64,000 nucleotides of DNA, from positions 160,001 to 224,000 of the forward strand of contig CAVPRW010000017.1 in NCBI GenBank assembly GCA_963707985.1. The letters are read 5' to 3'. The notes beneath the pieces were generated by a model. That model saw only the letters and a list, made by a program, of their open reading frames with translations. It made no database searches and was not told where the DNA came from. The translations under genes and the position numbers were made by a program. The DNA comes from an uncultured Nitrospinota bacterium (lineage in GTDB: Bacteria > Tectomicrobia > Entotheonellia > J063 > CAVPRW01). The stretch's first letter is position 1; each line of letters opens with the position of its first letter. This document shows, one piece after another, positions 53,912 through 64,000 of this stretch.

Positions 53912-54700
53912 AAGGAGCTGGGCCTTGATCTCCCCTATCACGAGCAGTATTTGATCTGGCTATGGCAGATGGTCAGCCTCAACCCCGGTTACTCGATCTT
54001 CACCAGCGAGCCCATTCCAGTGGCCCTGAAAAAGTCTATCCCCGTCACCGTCGAGCTGGCCCTCTTGGCCATGATCTTGGGGCTGGTCATCGCCATCCCG
54101 CTCGGGGTGCTCTCGGCCACGCGACAGGACAAACCCTCAGATTATGTGGGGCGGCTGGTGGCCATCTCTGGCCTATCATTGCCTGATTTCTGGCTCGGGA
54201 CGTTGGTCATCACCTTCGCGGCCATCTGGTTTAGCTGGATTCCTCCCTTGGGTTATGCCAGTGTATGGGAGTCGCCATGGACAAATCTCCAACAATTCCT
54301 GTTGCCGGCTGCGGTGCTGGGTTTCCGCCTGTCAGCGGCGACTATGCGTATGACGCGCTCGACCCTCTTAGAGGTGCTGCGGGAGGACTACGTGCGCACA
54401 GCCTGGTCCAAGGGTCTAGGAGAACGGGTGATCATCTACAAACATGCGCTCAAAAACGCGCTCATCCCTGTCGTGACCATTGTCGGTGGGCAATTGGGAA
54501 CGCTTCTGGCCGGCACGGTGATCGTCGAGACGATCTTCGCGCTGCCGGGGATGGGTCGGCTGACCGTTGAAGCGATTCTGTATCGCGATTATCCTATTGT
54601 GCAGACCAACGTCATGTTGGTGGCGGGGACCCTCGTCATGCTGAACTTGCTGGTGGATCTCACCTATGCGTGGCTGGACCCGCGGATTCATTATCAATGA
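53912..54700 (+). pseudogene. Peptide ABC permease (DppB-like), 5'-truncated
   Basis: Similarity begins at ELGLDLPYHEQY; EDYVRTAWSKG, KHALKNAL, YAWLDPRI; first TM segment missing. Confidence 0.8.
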
Positions 54701-54817
54701 AGATATCGAAGCATCGAGACAGCAGAGCATGAAGCATGTATACTTGCTGCCATTCTCCTGTCTTGATGCTTTGGTGCCTGATCTCGTGTCTTGATCCCGT
54801 GATACCTGAGGATCATC

Positions 54818-55720
54818 ATGGCCACAGCGACGGCAGACATCTCCACGTTCGAAGAACAGATGACCGCTCCACTGAGCCGGCGCCAGGCGGCGTGGAGCGT
54901 CATCAAACGGAAACCGCTGGGGATCGTCTCAGCTGCTCTCATTGCACTGCTCGTGTTCACGGGGCTCTTTGCCAATGTTCTAGCACCCTATGATCCTCTA
55001 TTGGCCCAACCGGAGATCCGTTTGGCTCGACCGAGCTGGGAACATCCGTTCGGGACCGATGACATCGGCCGCGATGTCCTGAGCCGCGTCATCTATGGTA
55101 GCCGTATCTCGTTGTGGGTGGGGCTGCTCGCCGTTGGGATCGGTACCTTTGCGGGCATGATCATCGGGCTTGTTTCGGGCTACTGGGAAGGATGGCTTGA
55201 TCTTGGGCTCCAGCGCGCCATGGATGCTCTCATGGCGATTCCAGCCCTGATTCTCGCGTTGGCAATCGTTTCGGTGTTGACGCCCAGTACGACGAACGCC
55301 ATGCTGGCAATTGCCGTGGTGATCATCCCGGGCAACTCACGCATCGTTCGTGGGGCGGTGCTCTCGGCCAAACAGAACCCATACGTCGAGGCGGCGCAAG
55401 CTCTTGGCTGCCGTCATCTGCGCATCATCGCCAGGCATATTCTCCCCAACGTCACCGCGCCAATACTCATCATCGCGTCGATCTGGCTGGGAAATGCCAT
55501 CCTGATCGAAGCGTCTTTGAGCTTCCTCGGCCTGGGCACCCAACCTCCCACGCCGTCGTGGGGTTTGATGCTGAGCAGCACCGGACGAGCATTTATGGAA
55601 CAGGCCCCCTGGCTCGCGATCTTTCCAGGCCTCGCCATTAGTCTGGCCGTGATGGGCTTTAATCTCTTTGGGGATACGCTGCGCGATGCGTGGGACCCCA
55701 AACTCCGCCGCAGGGGCTAA
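54818..55720 (+). CDS. Peptide ABC permease (DppC-like)
   Basis: HPFGTDDIGRD, YVEAAQALG, RHILPN, GDTLRDAWDP. Confidence 0.92.
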   Translation: MATATADISTFEEQMTAPLSRRQAAWSVIKRKPLGIVSAALIALLVFTGLFANVLAPYDPLLAQPEIRLARPSWEHPFGTDDIGRDVLSRVIYGSRISLWVGLLAVGIGTFAGMIIGLVSGYWEGWLDLGLQRAMDALMAIPALILALAIVSVLTPSTTNAMLAIAVVIIPGNSRIVRGAVLSAKQNPYVEAAQALGCRHLRIIARHILPNVTAPILIIASIWLGNAILIEASLSFLGLGTQPPTPSWGLMLSSTGRAFMEQAPWLAIFPGLAISLAVMGFNLFGDTLRDAWDPKLRRRG

Positions 55721-55811
55721 CGCACCAGTTCTTTCAGCCTTCGCTCATCGTGGTTTTTGATGGCGAAACCTGTAGGCAGGGGGTACACGGGAGCGGTGAG
55801 ATAGAATAGAC

Positions 55812-55922
55812 GGTTCTGTCGCAAACTGACTTTTTCGAGAATTTCGTGGTCTGCAAGCCTCTGAATTCCTGCATACCCGATGTTCAGATATTGCCCTGAA
55901 AATCGAAATCTGCGACAGAACC
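55812..55922. repeat. 111-bp MITE-like element with 12-bp terminal IR (IS6-like ends), copy 1
   Basis: GGTTCTGTCGCA...TGCGACAGAACC; no coding capacity; diverged paralog at 56251-56358. Confidence 0.75.
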
Positions 55923-55925
55923 TGA

Positions 55926-56219
55926 TTACGCCGGCGGAAAAATCAGGGCCTCCGCCTCGTGCGGGGACAGCTGGGGCAAGAGATAGTAACCCGTCCGGGT
56001 CAAGCGCTGTCCTAATGCCTCGTCCATGGCGAGCTCGACAATCACATGCTTCACCTCATGTGAGGGCTGCTCGCGGTTGAACTCCGGCGGCAGGGTACTC
56101 AGGTAGCGCAGGTCCTGGCCCTCGATCCGGCGCTCCAATGCGTCAAGCGAGACACGCCGGCCGAAATCGATCAAGTTCTGGGGATAGGATCCATCCTTGA
56201 CATAGTACACCTTGGCCAT
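55926..56219 (-). CDS. Hypothetical 97-aa protein between the two MITE-like elements
   Basis: AGGAGGGAG RBS; GC-biased codon usage; no recognised motif. Confidence 0.7.
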   Translation of the reverse strand: MAKVYYVKDGSYPQNLIDFGRRVSLDALERRIEGQDLRYLSTLPPEFNREQPSHEVKHVIVELAMDEALGQRLTRTGYYLLPQLSPHEAEALIFPPA

Positions 56220-56250
56220 GACTCCCTCCTGGGGCTGTGGGTGTCGCGGG

Positions 56251-56358
56251 GGTTCTGTCGCACATTCGCGTTTTCGAGGTTTTGGAGATTGTCAGTCCTT
56301 GAATTGCTGTACGAGATGTTCGGAGTTTGCCCCCAAAATCGAAATGTGCGACAGAACC
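56251..56358. repeat. 108-bp MITE-like element with 16-bp perfect terminal IR, copy 2
   Basis: GGTTCTGTCGCACATT...AATGTGCGACAGAACC. Confidence 0.75.
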
Positions 56359-56370
56359 ACATAACCTAGC

Positions 56371-58029
<1,659 letters not shown>

Positions 58030-58310
58030 TCAGCATGACATATCGTTTGACATCCACCTTCTCCAGAGCCACCAAGACATGCTCTATCGAGGACTACTCC
58101 CCTCGCCTTTTGAGGCGGGGTGACCGACTGACTCGAGGTAGTGCCCCCACGGTTCTGTGAGGGGCGAGAGCTCGATGTCGATGCGTTCCAGGCTGGCCTT
58201 ACTTCCAACGGCACGCCATATGGTCGTCCAGTTACTCCACACCACAGCTCCCGAGCTCACCGACGCCCGGGGCGCGCCACTCGAAGAGCTGCAGACGCTC
58301 TTCAAGACGG

Positions 58311-58541
58311 TTACTTTGCAGCCGTGACGGGCGCCGAGGGGTAGGGCGGCGTCGGCCGCTGGTACTGCTGTTCCAAGTCCCGCAAGCCGCGGGCAATGGC
58401 CAAGCGCAGCACGGCCGTACGCGTCGGCATGCCCAAGGCTCGGACTTCGGGATCCGCGGCCATGACATCGATGAGGGCATCCGCGCGTTCGAGCAGATCC
58501 TGGGTCAACCGCAGTTGTGTGGGAGTCTTCGCGGGGTTCAT
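58311..58541 (-). CDS. Small ribbon-helix-helix-like DNA-binding protein
   Basis: TQLRL...LLERAD...TRTAVLRLAI.RGL pattern; AGGAGG RBS; AT-rich upstream region. Confidence 0.6.
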   Translation of the reverse strand: MNPAKTPTQLRLTQDLLERADALIDVMAADPEVRALGMPTRTAVLRLAIARGLRDLEQQYQRPTPPYPSAPVTAAK

Positions 58542-60013
58542 CGCATCCTCCTGAGCACTACAGACATACTGTTAATAGCATGATATTTGTACTACTCTCC
58601 AATATACTACAGAAACCCTTATAAGCAATACATAGCAAATAAAAAATATCTAAACACAGCGAGCACGTTCTGGAGCTGAATAACTGTTATTCCCATAACT
58701 ATTATTGATATGTAACGATCGTTCTTCAGGACTAGGGTTCAAGTCAGAACCATCACGGGTACCATCTTTTCCGAACCATCCCATCGTCACTCTGGAGCCA
58801 CCTTTGGCCTCTCTCGTTCGTGGCAGCTCAGAGGGGAAGGGAGAGCATGCTGAGGCAGCAGCTTATGAGGGCCGTGGATAGCGGCATGGGCATAGTAGAC
58901 CTCGGCGAGTGCCCTTTCACATGGCGGTTTGTGAGTCTTGGTCTTGGCGGTCGGCATCGTCCATGTGCGAAATGGGCGGTGCCTGAGAATGCGCTGAGCT
59001 AGGAACTGCCAGAACATGGGCTTGCCCTCCCTCAACATCATGGCGTCTAGCTTCCGGGACGCCGTAGATAGCCTGCCTATGCCTCTGTGTGATTTTGCGT
59101 TGTGCACCGTAGGGACGGCCTTTCGCCCAGAGTGTGTAGTGGTCTGACCCAAGCGGCGCATGCGGCCCCAAGACGGCGAGAATCCCTCGCCGCAGCGTGG
59201 AAAGGCTGCGCATCGCGAGGACCCGCCTAGATGTCCCGGCACTAGGCCAAGTCGCGTGCAGATGACTTCGATTGATATGAATGGCGAAGGCCCGCCAGCT
59301 CTGCTGGTGTACCGCAGTATGAGAACCATGCGACGCCTCATGGTGGACAGGCACCGCTGGTGGGGGAGGTGCGAAGGTGGTGGGAGGGTGGATGTGCATG
59401 ACTGCGCAGTGGCCAGTGGTTCAGCGCGAGAGACTGCCAATCTGGTATGCATTGACGCCCCGGCGGCGTGATGTGCAGAGATGACCATAGTGGTTGTATT
59501 TGACCACTACAGCGGCTCGGCGATCACCACCGCTGATTCAGGCTCATTGCCGCGTGCCGTTCTACGACTTTGGTCGGCTGATGCCGATCTGCGGTGAAGA
59601 TGCCGTGAACAGAAGGGCAAGTTACGTTCATTCTGGCCTCTCATCAGCCACGGCCCCCCTTGCAGCCTATGGAGCCAGGACCTCAGACGTCGTGCACAGG
59701 CGAAGTTACCCCAAGGAGGTTGTGTTGTCTGTCCTCTGCTGCTGAAACATGACAGAGGCACCACACGGGGGCGAGATACAATCGTGACGATGACACCATG
59801 GTGGTGTGCAGATGTACAAAGCACTCCTTGAACATATATACTAGGGTGCAGGTGTCCATAAGTTAATAATTGTCGAGAAGTTACCCAGGCTCCGGGCTGA
59901 TGGTGTTTCGAGCGAGGCCGGCTCCCGCGGCTCTGTCCCGAGCCCCTGTCGGCGCCCCGGAAACCCTTCTCAGCATGGCCACTGTACCGGCCTGATCCGC
60001 AAGGAGGTGTTAG

Positions 60014-61610
60014 ATGTTGGACCATCCCTCGCCCATCGAAACGTCCCTCACACGCCGTCGCTGGCTGCAGGCTTCCCTGGGTGGCGCCGCTGGCCTGATC
60101 GCCTGGCATCAGGGTTGGCCGCGTGCCCAGCAGGGCTGCCGCCCAGAAGAACACTCCCAGCGGCCAGATGACCTGGGCCATCCACGTCACCCTCGCGCCC
60201 ATCTGGTTGGATCCGTCAGAGACCCTCGCCCTCGCGACCCCGTATATGCTGCTGTATGCGGTACACGACGCCCTCCTCAAGCCCATGCCTGACAACTCGA
60301 TGTCCCCCTCACTCGCCACCAAGTGGAGCGAGAGTGAGGACGGCCGGACGTATGACTTCGAGTTGCGGCAGGGCGTGACGTTTCACAACGGCGACCCGTT
60401 TACCGCCGAAGACGTCCAATTCACCTTCGAGCGCTACAAAGGGGCCAGCGCCGGGGAGTTGAAGCAGAAGGTCAAGGCGGTTGAGATTGTCAACGCTCAC
60501 CACGTCCGCTTCCACCTGCATGAGCCCTGGCCTGATTTCACGACCTTCTACGGCACTATGGCCACCGGCGTGGGCTGGATTGTACCCAAGAAATACATCG
60601 AGAAAATCGGGACCGACGCCTTCAAGAATCACCCTGTTGGGCTCGGTCCCTATCGCCTGATCAGCCACCAGCCAGGGATAGAAGTCGTCCTGGAGGCGAA
60701 CACGGACTACTGGCGGAAGACGCCGCATGTCAAACGTCTGGTGATGAAGAGTGTCCCTGAGGCGACCACACGCCTGGCCATGCTGAAACATCAGGAAGCC
60801 GACGTGGCCTACGGGATTTTTGGCACGCTGGCCGAGGAAGTGCGTCGGGACTCGAACCTGAAGCTGGAAGCGTTGCGCGGACAGGCGACGCAGTGGGTGA
60901 GCTTCGTCGACCAATATGACGCCAAGTCCCCCTGGTCGGACAGACGGGTACGTCTGGCGGCCAACCATGCGGTCAACTGGCTGGCCATCAATGAGGCCGA
61001 GAACCTTGGGCTGGCGTCCCTGATCGGAGGCATTATCCCGCGCAAGTTTGCCTATACGCTGCCATTGGAACCATACGGCTACGACCTCAAGAAGGCGCAG
61101 CAATTGCTCAAAGACGCCGGCTATGCCAACGGCTTTGACGCCGGCGAGTGCAGCACCGACACGCCGTATGCGACCGTCATCGAATCGATCGTCAATGATC
61201 TCGCTGCTGTGGGTATTCGGGCCAAGGCACGCTCCATGGAGCGTGCCGCCATCCTGACGGCGCAAAAAGAGAAGACAGTGAAGAACCTGACGCGCCAGGG
61301 CAGTGGAGCGTTTGGCAATGCCGCCACTCGCATCGAGGCCTACATATACAGTCAGGGAGCCCAGTCATTTCTGCGCGACGCTGACATTGACGCCTGGTAC
61401 ACACAGCAGATTACCGAGCGCGACCCGCAGAAACGCCAGGCTTGGCTGCATAAGATCCAGCAGAAAGTGTACGACGAGGCGCGCTTTATGCCGATCTGGG
61501 AGAACGCCTTCTTGTGTGCCTCAGGGCCACGGGTGGCGGTATCAGGGCTGCATGCGGATTCGTTCGCCTATTCCGCGCCTTACGAGGATGTGCGGTTAAA
61601 GTCCGCCTAA
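60014..61610 (+). CDS. Peptide/nickel ABC substrate-binding protein (SBP family 5) with Tat-like signal, frameshift ~60120
   Basis: TRRRWL signal; SLATKW, LRQGVTFHNGDPFTAEDV.FT.ER, PVGLGPY, VRLAANHA; AAGGAGG RBS. Confidence 0.88.
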
Positions 61611-61749
61611 GAATGAGGTCACACCGCACATAGGTGTGCGTCAGGAAGTGGGGCACCGGAGGTATGAATAACGGCATATCACCGTGAGCTCCCAGCTGTC
61701 GGTTGCTCAAGGGGACGCCTCTGATGGCTGTGTGGCATCAACGCAGCCA

Positions 61750-62493
61750 TCAAGGCGTCTCGAAGGCCTTCCCATACACCATTTCGTAGCCTTCTGTCTC
61801 ATACAAGCGGCGAAACAGCGCCAATCCATATCGCTCAAGGAGGAATTCCACGAACGACCCGGCGAGAATATACGCGGTCTGTTCTTCCATACCAGTGCCC
61901 AATGGGCGCGGCGTCCGCACCCTATTTAATACTTCTAAAGAGTGAACTCCCGACAGGCCCTGGACAGCCAAATGCCCCAAGTCCTCGCCAAAGTTGGGAA
62001 AGGCAGGATTGCCTGCCAGTGCGGCATGCAGGTAGACGGTTAGCCCCTCCGCCAGAAAGCGGTTATTGTGCGGCGCATAAATATGGACGATCTCATGCAA
62101 CAAGGCCCCACTGTGCTCCCGCGTTCTCCGCAAGGGCATCTCGATTGAGCCTCTGTTTCCGAAATGGCCCGGCACCAGGGCTCTGCTAATGAGGTACGCG
62201 CTGCTGACGTGAATCCGAATGGATGCACTCCACGTCGCCCCCGAGAAACCTTCGACCTTCTGCCGTTCCCGAACGGCATAGCGACAGTACGCTTCCGCTT
62301 CGGGACGCGTCAGCTCGTCTGAGAGGACCCGCATCCCGTCACACGTGAACGGTCCCCTCAGAACACCCGCACACTGCGCAACAAAAACCGACATCACGAC
62401 CGCAGAGAAAGCACACAGGAGCCACGCTTTTGGAGCATTAGTCGCGCCCAACAGAGGGACGTCACGCGACGGAGGATGGGAGCGCTGCCCCAT
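61750..62493 (-). CDS. Putative zinc metallopeptidase-like (HExxH...E) exported protein
   Basis: LLHEIVHIY...FLAEGL, AY..AGSFVEFL; hydrophobic N-terminal segment. Confidence 0.6.
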   Translation of the reverse strand: MGQRSHPPSRDVPLLGATNAPKAWLLCAFSAVVMSVFVAQCAGVLRGPFTCDGMRVLSDELTRPEAEAYCRYAVRERQKVEGFSGATWSASIRIHVSSAYLISRALVPGHFGNRGSIEMPLRRTREHSGALLHEIVHIYAPHNNRFLAEGLTVYLHAALAGNPAFPNFGEDLGHLAVQGLSGVHSLEVLNRVRTPRPLGTGMEEQTAYILAGSFVEFLLERYGLALFRRLYETEGYEMVYGKAFETP

Positions 62494-62613
62494 GTTCGCT
62501 CTCAACAGAAAAGGCGCGGTCCACAACCGCGAGCCCTGCGACGGGAATACGCTGGGACGACGTGAGGGAGTACCTCATGAGCTCGCAAGCGTCCTCGTCC
62601 GATGGCAGCGACG

Positions 62614-63606
62614 TCATTGGATGACCGTGTCCGCTTGAAAGAGGATGAACGGAGAGATCGTCACGCCGAGTGCCTTCGCGGTCTTGAGGTTAACGACGAG
62701 CTCGAATTGCATGGGTTGCTCCACCGGTAAGTCGGCTGGCTTCGCGCCCTTGAGAATTTTGTCGACATACGTCGCGGCGCGTTGCCAGAGGTGGGAACGA
62801 CTTGGCCCATAGGCCATGAAGCCACCAGCCTCCGCAAATCCCCGTTGCCAGAATATCGCCGGTAACCCATGCTTGAGCGCGAGTGCGGCGATTTGTCGTT
62901 GGTGGTACGAAAGGAACACGGAGGGCAGCACGAGGAGCGCGCCGGCGCCCTTGCTGATGGCGGCCTCGAAGGCGGGCGCGAAACGGTCAGGATGTCCCAC
63001 CACCAGGAGTTGCGTGGATACACCGAACGCCTGGGCCGCGCGCTCTATTTCGTGGACCATGCGCCCGGTCGTCGAGTTCGCCAGACCGGCGAGGACCGCT
63101 ATCCGTGTGACCCCTGGAACAGCCTCCTTGAGGAGCTCCAGCAGTTTGCCGCTTAACTCTGGCACTACGCCGCCCACCCCGGTGATGTTGCCACCCGGCC
63201 GAGCCAGGTCGGCGACGAAGCCCTCGTCCACGGGATCGCTGACCGATAGCATGACGATGGGAATGATGGTGGTCGCGCGCTGCGCCGCGTGGATCGCGGG
63301 TGAGGCCGAAACAACGATGACATCCACGGGCAGACGCACGAGCTCGGCCGCCAGCGAGGATAATCGGCTGGGCTGCCCATTCGCCCAGCGATACTCCAGC
63401 ACGAGGTTCTGCCCCTCCAGCCAGCCAAGTGTGCGCAGATTCTGCAAGAGTGGCGAGTAGACCTTCCAATCAGGCGAGGCCGGAGGGGCGCCGAGCTCGA
63501 GCACACCGATCCTGGGCATCTTCCCCGGCGGCGCCTCGGCGGCGAGCGGTGCCACGAGAAGGCTGAGGGCGAGGGTGATGATGAACCCGATGGTGCGGCG
63601 CGTCAT
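62614..63606 (-). CDS. Putative ABC transporter substrate-binding protein (ABC_sub_bind family)
   Basis: Signal peptide; LARPGGNITG, YVDKILKGAKPADLPVEQP..FELVVNLKTAKALG. Confidence 0.9.
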   Translation of the reverse strand: MTRRTIGFIITLALSLLVAPLAAEAPPGKMPRIGVLELGAPPASPDWKVYSPLLQNLRTLGWLEGQNLVLEYRWANGQPSRLSSLAAELVRLPVDVIVVSASPAIHAAQRATTIIPIVMLSVSDPVDEGFVADLARPGGNITGVGGVVPELSGKLLELLKEAVPGVTRIAVLAGLANSTTGRMVHEIERAAQAFGVSTQLLVVGHPDRFAPAFEAAISKGAGALLVLPSVFLSYHQRQIAALALKHGLPAIFWQRGFAEAGGFMAYGPSRSHLWQRAATYVDKILKGAKPADLPVEQPMQFELVVNLKTAKALGVTISPFILFQADTVIQ

Positions 63607-64000
63607 GGTCGCCTCCTACATTCACGGATGTGTAGGGGGCATTCTACGCGCCACACGCCAGAGAGGGAAATCAAATGTTGCAGATTCAATCGGTCACCTC
63701 CGTGGAGACGATCTGCGAATACACCTCCCGCGGGCGTTGAGCATCCTGTACAATTTATAGCAAATGCGCCGATGCACGCATGTGGTCAGGAGGAGATGAC
63801 AGGATCGACCGACATCCCTCACACCGGGGGATGAGGTGGTGTGTGGCGTGATCTTCCTGGGCGAAGAACTTTACGAGACCGGGGTGATCCTTCCGGCGTT
63901 GCGCGCAGGCCAGCGGGGGATGTGGGCGTAGACACCGAATTTGGCAGCAACGGCCTTCTCTCCGATGCCCTGCTCAAACCTGTGCGAACTCCGGGCGCAG

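Noticed and set aside
55812..56358. The two elements as integron attC sites or CRISPR repeats
   Set aside because: No RYYYAAC/GTTRRRY core, only two long diverged copies, and no integrase or cas genes in the window.
58787..60000. Track ORFs of 100-270 aa in this interval
   Set aside because: Atypical composition, overlapping on both strands and no motifs; probably non-coding or decayed DNA.

Overview
GC-rich bacterial window. The gene families (expanded class III cyclase-AAA-TPR STAND genes, peptide ABC systems, an ABC-type substrate-binding protein) resemble Candidatus Tectomicrobia/Entotheonella-like genomes; this taxonomy is an inference. Several conserved genes carry single-base frameshifts that look like long-read indel errors. 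Contents: two peptide ABC transporter clusters, an NtaA/DmoA-type flavin monooxygenase, a form I aerobic CO dehydrogenase (coxMSL, AYRCSFR motif) with a MocA-like gene, a 1370-aa membrane protein, IS1/IS3/IS6/IS630 elements or remnants, prkA(yeaG)-yeaH-spoVR, a group 2-like [NiFe]-hydrogenase with a shortened small subunit and eroded maturation genes, an XPB-like helicase plus DUF790/Bax1 nuclease, a GH18-deacetylase-GT2 fusion and an orphan groEL. The main unexplained structure is a minus-strand module repeated across about 38 kb: conserved ~47-bp promoter-like cassette, then cyclase-AAA-TPR gene(s), then a truncated comM/yifB fragment. It appears as 3 near-complete genes, 4 remnants, 4 comM fragments and 3 cassettes, interleaved with plus-strand cargo blocks. 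Also notable are two ~110-bp MITE-like elements flanking a small gene next to groEL, and sigma54-type promoters ahead of the hydrogenase, CODH, prkA and a small unknown ORF. No rRNA, tRNA or CRISPR array was seen.
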